Below, piece after piece: positions 1-10,600 of a DNA stretch of 64,000 nt. Origin of the DNA: Thalia democratica (lineage: Eukaryota). The notes beneath the pieces are model-generated. The model did not search any database and was not told where the DNA came from. It saw only the letters and a list, made by a program, of their open reading frames with translations. A program made the position numbers and the translations under genes. The stretch is from the NCBI GenBank assembly GCA_965202585.1, contig OZ241833.1, positions 30,938,001 to 31,002,000 of the forward strand, in the 5' to 3' direction. Position 1 is the stretch's first letter. Every line of letters starts with the position of its first letter.

Positions 1-775
1 TGGAACTGATTACAATACCTTTTCAAACTCTTAAAAAAATTACAACTAATATTTAGCATTTATACCTAGAGCTTAATTAAAAGAGGTTCAATATCAAGAG
101 TTAATTATTGTAGAATTCATAATTTGATAAACATTTAATAAATAATTTAATGACTAAAACAACAATAACCATAAATATCCATGACTTCAAAACCCCATTA
201 TGTGTTTTTATATATAAAATTTAAAAAAATATATAATGATTAGTATTAAAATACATCCAGGTATAAAGAAGTGAGCCAAAATTAAGTTTAAATGTTTAAA
301 AATAGTAAAGTTTGACTATATTTAAACACTTGATATAAATAATTGACAAAAATAAATTGTATTCTTAGTTAGAAAAAACCTGTATCTCATTCTAAACTTA
401 ATGGAACTGATTACAATACCTTTTCAAACTCTTAAAAAAATTACAACTAATATTTAGCTTTTATACCTAGAGCTTAATTAAAAGAGGTTCAATATCAAGA
501 GTTAATTATTGTAGAATTCATAATTTGATAAACATTTAATAAATAATTTAATGACTAAAACAACAATAACCATCAATATCCATGACTTCAAAACCCCATT
601 ATGTGTTTTTATATATAAAATTTAAAAAAATATATAATGATTAGTATTAAAATACATCCAGGTATAAAGAAGTGAGCCAAAATTAAGTTTAAATGTTTAA
701 AAATAGTAAAGTTTGACTATATTTAAACACTTGATATAAATAATTGACAAAAATAAATTGTATTCTTAGTTAGAA
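1..775. repeat. Tandem duplication, 401-bp period (copy 1 at 1-401, partial copy 2 at 402-775); may extend beyond the window start
   Basis: tggaactgattacaatacc at 1 and 402; copies near-identical (two substitutions noticed). Confidence 0.93.
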
Positions 776-1504
776 TTGAATATAAAAGAGTATATTAGAA
801 ATACATGTATTTAAAAGACCTAAAATATATTTTTTAACATATAACCAGACTTTAAAATAAATGATGTTTTGAATATTACTTAATACAACACTTAAAGTTA
901 TACAATTATTTTCAACTACATATATGCATGGTAGGAAACAAGATTTAAAAATTTATTGCAAAATAATCTGAGCATAATTTCTAATCAAAATAAAGGTTAA
1001 ATGGCTTAAATTAAAAGGAGTTCTTATCAAATTGGAACACTAGAATTTTTAGTAATACATTTTAATAATAAATAAACTAAGGCCACATTGGCTGGCAAGC
1101 GAATCAAGCTAGGTGTTATACTTACTTATTTACTACAGGATTTCTTCTATTGAAAACTGTGTTTGATTTTTTAATGTTTGAATTATTTTATTAAAAAACA
1201 CTATATCTCGAAATTATTAAGACATTTATTTTTTTATTGTAAACAATTGCTTTTTTCTACTTGAATTCAAAGGTGCTTTCAGAGAAATGCAAAGTTTTTA
1301 AGGGACACGCAGCTCAAGTTTCCAACTAGAACCCTTTTTTTTCAACCTAAAATTACAAAAAATATTCTGACTGATGTCACATTAATTTAAAAAAAAAATA
1401 GACTCTTACAGTTATGAGTTTTTTAAACTACTTATTTTAATTTTTGGTAATCAAAATATACATTCAACAACATATCTTATTTGAGAATAGTTGTAAACAT
1501 GCAG

Positions 1505-1680
1505 GGCTTCACCAAGATGGTTGATCGCCTGGTTACATCCGGGCGTGTGTTGTGCGATCTGAAGATTTCCGCCAAGGAGCTGATAAGGTGCAAGAGCTAC
1601 GACCTGACCACTCTGGCGCAACATGTTCTCAACCAGGGACGCATGGAGCTGAAACCGGAACTCGTGCCGTCCATGTACAA
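1505..1680 (+). CDS. POLA1: POLA1 exon A ([34 protein letters not shown]...SMY)
   Basis: catgcag acceptor, AA|GTTTGT donor; [12 protein letters not shown] motif. Confidence 0.92.
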
Positions 1681-4600
1681 GTTTGTGTGGTTTTTGTTTA
1701 TTGAAAATGAACTTTCAAACTAAATAAATATTTTTTATGTTGTTTGTACAAGTTTGTGTGTTTTTTTTTGAAACTTAACTCTAAGGTTGTTTATATGTTT
1801 GGTTGTATGATCTTCCTGTGTTCGGGCTTTTGTCTGTGTAGTTTTCTGGATACAATTTAATTATCAGAAAATGTTTAGCTGCATGTAAAATAAAATGAGT
1901 ATAAAATGCTTAAATTTAAGTTAAGATGTACAAAAAGTTTTTTAAATAAATATAATTATCTTAAAAAAGGAATTTGATATCTAAAGTAAACTTAAATATG
2001 TCTTTGCAACTATGAATTATTTTTTAGACCTTTGAGTTTCACTAGTTTAATCTTAAAGACTGTAATTAAAAGGTTTTTGTTTTATGTTTATACTGTAGTA
2101 TGCAATTGTAAGATAATTAAAGAAAAGTCAGTAAAAAATGTAAAATTTTGTTTTTACCAATAAAGTTGATGACATATTATGGACCACAAAATAAAAACAT
2201 CATAAGTACAATAAAAGTAACAAAATACAATAAAAAATCTCATTTGAAAGTGAATAAATTAAATTATACAAAACTGACTGAAGAGCAAAGTTCTTTATGG
2301 ATAAATTAAAATTTAAACTGAAAAGACAACAGTTGAAATATTTTATAACAAATTAAAACTTACTGTTTCATTATTTTATTGTCAAATAAAAGTATCTTGT
2401 GATATGATTTTTAAGCCAAAATATGTAAACTTTAAAGATTGCTGATCAAATAAAAAAACTCAAGCATATTATGCCAAAACAATATTTTATCATGATAAAT
2501 CCAAGCCAGTATAGTGTCTGTTATTGAAATTAATTTTACAGTTTTGACAAAGGCTTGTTAAAGAAAAGTTTTATTTTAAGATATGAAGTTGCTTAAGTAA
2601 TAAATCATCAGGTTTAAACCACAATGCAATCAGTCAACAGTATATGTAGTTTGAACAAACTTTTTAAACTAAATAAATAATGAAAAAATCTCAATGGTAA
2701 AACATTGTTCACTAAAAAAATATATATAAAAATAGTTTAAAGTGAATACTTGATAAATATTCTTTAATGTAAATCTCAATAAACTGAATAAAATTTAAAT
2801 GAAAACAGTTTATATATCTATGAAGTTAAAGTAAAATCATTTGATTAAAGTACTTATAAACTTGAAAGAATTAAGTTACTGAAAATATTTTTGTTTGAAA
2901 TTTTTAGCAAATCAATGTATCATGAAATTTAAAGTGGTTCATTCATGAAGATAACTGTTATAAGCTGTTGGCAATGAAAATTTTTTTTTTTGAAATAGCA
3001 GCACAAAGAAAAAAAAATTCTAAGATAATTTTTTAAAGTCTATTAAAACTTACATGATACAGATTAAATCGGTTTTTTGGTGTGAATTTTTAATAAATTA
3101 ACAAAAAAAAAGCACTTGAGCCACTTTAAAGTGTAAAGATGGCTCACTATTGAAAATTTAGGAAGCCTGTAATTGTTTTCAAGTTGGCCAAACTTGTAAA
3201 TTAAATTGATTTTCAAGTATAAGTTGCTAGTGCGTAAATTGCTGTGATTTATAACTCTTTAGATTTTTATTTGAAACAGCAGCGCAAAGATTAATTAGTA
3301 CAAGTTAAAATCACACAACAAACTTGTGAACTATAATAAATTATTTTTTCATTTTTTATCTTGAATGTAATAGTTTAGCTTTAACATTTTAATGTCAGCA
3401 TTTTGAAACAGTATAAAATCATACTTTAGGTGTTAAGCTTTAAAAAAATAGTAGATTACAACATTAGAACAATTATTTTTTTGTCAATTCCTCTTTAAAC
3501 AGAAATGATGTTCTTGTGGTATTCACAATCTCAGGGTGGTTATTCGAAAATCCTGCGAATTTGTATTACACATTTATATACAGCGGACAAATTTTATTTA
3601 ATTGGGAATTAAAAAAAAATATGTATTGTTATGTAAAGAGTAAAACAATACGTCTAAAATAATACTTAACTAGAGAGTTTAGAACAAATAAATAAGACAC
3701 AGTAATCTATCCACTAATAGGAGATTGATAATTAATAATTTATTATTTTTGAGAATAAACAATTACTCAGTTTCACCGCAGAGCGGATTTTCAAATTGTA
3801 AATCTGTAGTAAAATAATAATATTAAAAATGACAAATATTTAGAAATTGGTTTGAGTTAAGCTTATATAAAAAAAAATTTAAAAAAAATAAATAAAAATT
3901 AAGAATAATATTAATGTAAGACAACCTTTAATTTTAAAACTATCAAATTATAGTCTACAAACAATACAATTAAACCATAGTATACTGTGGGGTATTGATA
4001 TCTAATGGATTTAAAGAGATAAAAACTTTTACAGAGTTAGAAGTTATGGAGTAGTATATACATATTATTAAGCACACAGTTCTAATAATAAATTAATAAT
4101 GTTCAAAATAAAACCAGGGAGTAAGCATTAAAAAATTTTATGAAAGCATTGTTGTTGTTATTGTTAACACAGATGTATTATGATGACAAAGTATAAAATG
4201 GCTTTTTGTGAAAAATTTTAGATAAGCAACAAATAGAATGAAGGTTAGATTTCAGATGCTAAATTTAAAAAATAAGATAAACATTGAATATATTTAGTTG
4301 AGAGATAATCAAAGAGAGTATAAACTACTAATAATTCAACTCAAGAAAAAAAAAAAAATAAATTATAATATATGTACTAATTCTCCAATAATTATGATTT
4401 ACAACTGGGAATGGGTATATTATAATGTATGCACAATTTATCTTATATCTTAATAGAATATATTTAACTAATCAACAGACTTGAAAAAATAAAAATAAAA
4501 TAGTTTTAACAGTTTAAGACTGAGGATGGGAATAGTATTATAATACATGCACAAATAATAAAATATTTTAATATAATTGATACCTATGTGAGTTATAAAT

Positions 4601-7600
4601 TATAAATATTCATTTAAGTAATGTGGGCATTGGGTTATCAGTTCGTTTCTCTTGTTTAAGGCTTTTCTTTTGTCTGCTAGGGCTATATGGAGTCTTTCTA
4701 GGTTACATAAAGTGCACATGTTAGTATGGTTTGAGTTAGATTTTACTGATTCTACTATTTTCCATTCAATTGAGTATTTTATTTGGTTACTGTATAGATC
4801 CCATAGATGATTTGCAAGTTGGGTACAATTTTTGGGTTTGCTTTTAAAAGGTTTTGGGAAAGAGGTTTTGTGTTCATTATATCTGGACTTGAATGTTCTT
4901 TTGGTTGAACCAATATAAATTTTATGGTCATTTACGGATGTGGAGACTTTAGCTTGATATATTACATTACTTAGGCAACACTTGTTATCAACGGGGCAGT
5001 TTGTTTTTATTCTACAATTACAAAGTTTTTCGTTTTTATCTGATTTTTTCGTGAGTTTTTTGTTGTGGGAATTTATAAGGGCCATAATATTTGGTGTGCA
5101 GCAGTATGATATTTTTATAGAATTTCTGTTGATTATTTTATGATAGATGGTGTCTTTTTTAAAATGTTTATCTACTAAATCCAGGAAAATTTTGCCAATT
5201 TTAGTCTTTACAGATTTACAGAAGGGGGGATTGTAATAAATGCAATTTCTTTTTCTAATTTTGTTAATGTTTGTACTATTAAATTGTTTGTAGGTTAAAT
5301 TATATTTAAAATTACTTTTATTTAATGCGTTTTGGTATAAGCCCTTGATGTTATTAAAAACTTCTTCATTTTTAGATAGTTTGCATAATCTTTTTTCAAT
5401 CATTTTTGGTATATTGTTACGTATATTTTTAGGGTGGTTGGAATTGTTGTTGATGTAGCTAGTTTTGGAATTAGGTTTACGGTAGGGACTGTAGGTGTTT
5501 AGGGATAGGTCCAGGGAGACGTCAAGAAATTCTGTGCTAGTGTTGCCAATATCTATTGTAATTTCGAAACCTATTGAAGACATTTTTTTATAAGGGACTT
5601 TTTAATTTTTTCAAGTGTGGTTCCAGAGGATTGTTTTATGATTGCAAGACCATCATCTCTATATAAGCCTATATTTGATGGGCCTGTGATTGGGGATATT
5701 TCGCTTAGGATGTATAAGCCTATTAAATCGCAGACCTCGGCGCCCTGGAATGAACCCATAGCTATATCAAAGTTATTGTTATTTGTTTTTTTGGTCCAGA
5801 TTCTGTTGTCATAAAATATAATGGTTTGGCAAGTGTGCATAAGGGTGTCTATTTCTTGTTTGTTGAAGGTTGTGTATTTTTCTGCAAATTTAATAGCTTT
5901 GGTGAGGTGTTCTTTTTTTATTGAAGGATAAAAATTTTTTATATCAAAATTAATGAAGCATTTATGGGATTTATCATTGAAATTATTGAACCACTTTATA
6001 ACTTCTTCAGAATTTAACCATTGGGTAAGATTTGATTTTGATCTTATTTTGTCAATGTGGGTTTGTAAATTTATTTTAGCAATTTTACCAAGAAAAGATT
6101 TTGATGGGTTGATTGTTCTGCAACTAATGTTATGGGGGAAATTAGGTTTGTGGTCCTTGACAGTTATGAATGCTTCAGCTTTGAGGAACTTGGGAATCTT
6201 TCTATTTTTTGTATTTTTTGTATTATAGTTGGATAATATTTTGGTAGCTTCTTCATTAATTTTAATTGTTGGATCATTAGGTTTTATTGAATATTCACTT
6301 GTTAAATTATTAATAAGTAGTTTATACTCTCTTTGATTATCTCTCAACTAAATATATTCAATGTTTATCTTATTTTTTAAATTTAGCATCTGAAATCTAA
6401 CCTTCATTCTATTTGTTGCTTATCTAAAATTTTTCACAAAAAGCCATTTTATACTTTGTCATCATAATACATCTGTGTTAACAATAACAACAACAATGCT
6501 TTCATAAAATTTTTTAATGCTTACTCCCTGGTTTTATTTTGAACATTATTAATTTATTATTAGAACTGTGTGCTTAATAATATGTATATACTACTCCATA
6601 ACTTCTAACTCTGTAAAAGTTTTTATCTCTTTAAATCCATTAGATATCAATACCCCACAGTATACTATGGTTTAATTGTATTGTTTGTAGACTATAATTT
6701 GATAGTTTTAAAATTAAAGGTTGTCTTACATTAATATTATTCTTAATTTTTATTTATTTTTTTTAAATTTTTTTTTATATAAGCTTAACTCAAACCAATT
6801 TCTAAATATTTGTCATTTTTAATATTATTATTTTACTACAGATTTACAATTTGAAAATCCGCTCTGCGGTGAAACTGAGTAATTGTTTATTCTCAAAAAT
6901 AATAAATTATTAAAATAATACTTACTAAATCCAACACTTGAAATGGAAAAAGTTATAAATATAGTTTTACAAAATTTTCAGATGTTTCAAACCTTTTTCT
7001 CCTCGTGTTTATCCCGTGCGCTTCTTTTAAAATTCCAACACATAAACCCGTCCAATCTTATTCAATTGGCGGACCACACGCGTTTGCGGAATGATACACA
7101 CTTGAAATTAAACACGTTTACATAAATTTGCAAAATTATCACAGGGTTGCCACTTTACCTGCAAACCTGGAAAATCCTGGAGTTTGACAATTTACGCAAA
7201 AAAAAACCTGGAATTTTAACAATTTTCACATGTTCAGTAGTAAAATTACCATTTGAATCAAAAAATCTATCATATAAATAAAAAAAATTTGTCATCAAAA
7301 AATTTTTTTTTATTAAAAAATATATTTTAAATAACTTTACAGTATCTTTTCAATGTTTTTATACTATTTAACACAGTTTCTTACCTTAAACTTAACTTTA
7401 AACTAAAAATAGACCCAAAAATGTGTACTGTTAAAAACCTGGAAGAAATTAGGAAAGCCTGGAAAGTTTTTAAAAAACGAGTGGCAACCCTTTTATCATT
7501 AAATTAATTTTTTTTAAACTAAATTGTTTCTCAGAAACCTGAACAGTCTCAAACAGTTGGTGGACAACATGTTTTACACACTGTTATTAACTTTTATTCC

Positions 7601-10600
7601 GCAGAAACCTAAACAGTCTGATACAGTTGGTGGACCACATATTTTACACACTATTTTATTAACTTTTATTCCGCAGAAACCTAAACAGTCTGATACAGTT
7701 GGTGGACCACATATTTTACACACTATTTTATTAATTTTTATTCCTCAGAAACCTGAACAGTCTGATACAGTTGGTGGACCACATATTTTACACACTATCA
7801 TTAATTTTTATTCCGCAGAAACCTGAACAGTCTGATACAGTTGGTGGACCACATATTTTACACACTATTATTAATTTTTATTCCGCAGAAACCTGAACAG
7901 CCTCATACAGTCAGTGTACCATAGTATTTTACACACTATTATTAATTTTTATTCCACAGAAACCTGAACAGTCTGATACAGTTGGTGGACCACATATTTT
8001 ACACACTATCATTAATTTTTATTCCGCAGAAACCTGAACAGTCTGATACAGTTGGTGGACCACATATTTTACACACTATTATTAATTTTTATTCCGCAGA
8101 AACCTGAACAGCCTCATACAGTCAGTGTACCATAGTATTTTACACACTATTATTAATTTTTATTCCACAGAAACCTTAACAGCCTGATACAGTTGGCGGA
8201 CCACATATTTTACACACTATTATTAATTTTTATTCCGCAGAAACCTGAACAGTCTCATACAGTTGGTGGACCACACTTTGGTGGACGCCAAGCTCGCGTT
8301 GGACCTCACGTGCGAGCTTCAAGCCCTGCCACTCGCCCTGCAGATAACCAGCATTGCCGGTAAGCATGTGTATATATTAGATTTTAATAAATTAGTTGTG
8401 GAAAAATTAGGAGTAATGTTTTTGAAAATAATTTAATATTCCTGCCACTTGCTCTGCAGATAACCAGCATGTTGTTTAGGTTGTTGAAATTTCAATATGC
8501 TTTCTAATTAAAACGAGCAGTAGTGCATATTACAGTTTAGTTTATAAACTTGCGGAAGTAACAGAGTTCTTTAAAGGTAAAAAACAAGTCCAGAGGTAGT
8601 TTGAAAAGCTACATGTTTAAGATCCAAACAAATATTTTATGAAAACTTTACAGACTGTTTACCACGTTTTATATGAGGTTGTAACAATCAAATAAAATAT
8701 TCTTTAAGAATAAAGTGTATAAAATTGTTTAAATACCGTTGTTTATAAATAGTATATTTCTTTAAAATAGCAATAAAGTTAAAAAATACTTCGACGATTT
8801 TATTGGCTTTACGAAAGGCAATTAATGCTTAATATTCTACGTTCAAGTCTGTTTGATACAAACCTTGTATTCGTGTGTGCAACTACATTAGCTTAAATGG
8901 AATATAAATGCATTATTTAATTATTAGCTTAATTAAACTACATTGGATCAACAGGGAACGTGTTGTCGCGTACCCTGATGGGAGGCAGAGCCGAAAGAAA
9001 CGAGTTTTTATTACTCCACGCCTTCCACGAACTTAGCTACATTGCGCCAGAAAAAAGTAAGATGTTTTGTTCAGTTTCGTTTAATGTTTGAATAATTTAT
9101 TTTGTTTATTGTCACCCTAATAAAAGATGTTTGTCATTTTTTCAAGAGAATTTAAAATATTAAGTCATTTAAAATATTATCACTTTTTAAAGAAGGATTT
9201 TCGATTTATTAAAATTAAAGAAAATTGTTTAATTGTGAATTTTTTCCTTAAACTAATAAATAAGTATATATATATGAAAATAACATAGTATAAGTGTTTT
9301 GAAAACATTTTTAGATGTTAGTAGTTAAACAAATTAATTTAATATTGCTTTGCAAAATAGTTAGGTCTTTAAAGGTAAAGTTAAAAATTTCTTTGTTAAA
9401 CTGAATAAGTAGTGAGTAAATGTGCATTAATTAGATTATGAAAATTAGTTTTCTTTATTTCATTCAACAGTTTTTAAGAAGAAAGAAACGAAACAAGACA
9501 CAACGAAAGCAGGTAAAAATTTACACAAAATATATATTTAAAATATAGAAACACCTGGTAAAAATTTTTGTAAAGTTTTTCAAGTAAAGTTTGACAGCGT
9601 AATTAATAATAAAATATTATACAGCGAAATAAGTAAATTAAAACCGCAGAAAAGTTTTACAAAATGTTCAATTATGTTCAAAATCGTGAAAAAGTTTACG
9701 TGAGCTGTTTATTACAAATAATTTAAGTGAATAAAATACGGTAGAATTTTATAAAAACTAAAAATAAAAACTTTAAGTTTACAAGAAACACAGAAAAGTT
9801 TTAAATGTCTAGAGTTTTTTTGTTCAAATTACGTCAATTTTAGAAATTTCTATGCGCTTTAAATAGATTGATTTTTCAAACCTTGAGAAGACATCAAGGA
9901 TAAAAAAATCTTTGAGCCTGTTCATAAATCGAGGGAAAGTAAATTCTAAACAAAGTTATTAAAGCTATTTTGTAAGTTTTATTTCGGCAAATATTGCCAA
10001 GTAAATCTTAAAATAAGCAAAAGTTTGTTGAAAATGTCAACAAAAAAATAAATACAAACTTCAACATTATTGAAAATTATTCAGGTGATTTACGCCAAAA
10101 AGTTTGCTTAAACTCTCAGCGAAATTATTCAAAGGGGGATAAAAAAAAATTCAGTTTTTTTTTCAATGACGAATCGCGGAATTTCCATTTTAAACTCTGT
10201 GACTCACGCAGAAATTTTCCACTTTTTTTTTCTTCGAAGGATTTAAAAACGCTTTTTGCGTCAAAACTGGAATTTTTATTAATTTTCTTGAATGTGGGTT
10301 TGTTTACCCGACTTGTAGAGTAACTGAATCGAACTCTGAAAATGCTAGTTGTATCCAAATTATGTTGTGATTTAGTTAATCGGTTTAGAGCTGAATATAT
10401 ATTTATTTCTGTATATAACTATCGGTAAAACGTTATCTGAAAAGTTTAAACTGAAACTGTTTGATTGTTCATCTTTTTAAATACAAGATTAAATAATTAT
10501 AAGCAATGAATGTAAAATTTAATGTTTTGTGTTTTAGTGTTTTATTATCCAATTTAGCTAACTTTTGGCCTAATATACACTATAATATTTTATTTTAGTA

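Larger units (their letters stand above)
3732..6913 (-). mobile_element. Penelope-like retroelement (RT + C-terminal GIY-YIG endonuclease, Naiad-like), 5'-truncated, with 598-bp terminal inverted repeats, in the POLA1 intron between exons A and B
   Basis: RT motifs [34 protein letters not shown]; CNC-x5-CP-x4-C and [17 protein letters not shown]; 3732-4329 is the reverse complement of 6316-6913. Confidence 0.93.

Noticed and set aside
2560-2620. CTGATGA on the minus strand (similar cores at ~15995, ~35851, ~63822)
   Set aside because: Core heptamer only; the rest of a hammerhead fold is missing.
4100-4330. Alternative genetic code (TAG read as Gln) suggested by TAG codons in or next to both retroelement ORFs
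   Set aside because: Host genes use CAG/CAA for Gln and contain no in-frame TAG; isolated TAGs are better explained as mutations or non-coding sequence.
4400-4555. CTGAGGA at ~4520 (+) and a similar ~35-nt direct repeat at ~4404 as hammerheads
   Set aside because: No GAAA, stem III or stem I pairing found downstream.
7521-8280. CRISPR-like array or the repeat-encoded ORF 7524-7826
   Set aside because: No unique spacers, eukaryotic intron context; the ORF is a by-product of the minisatellite.
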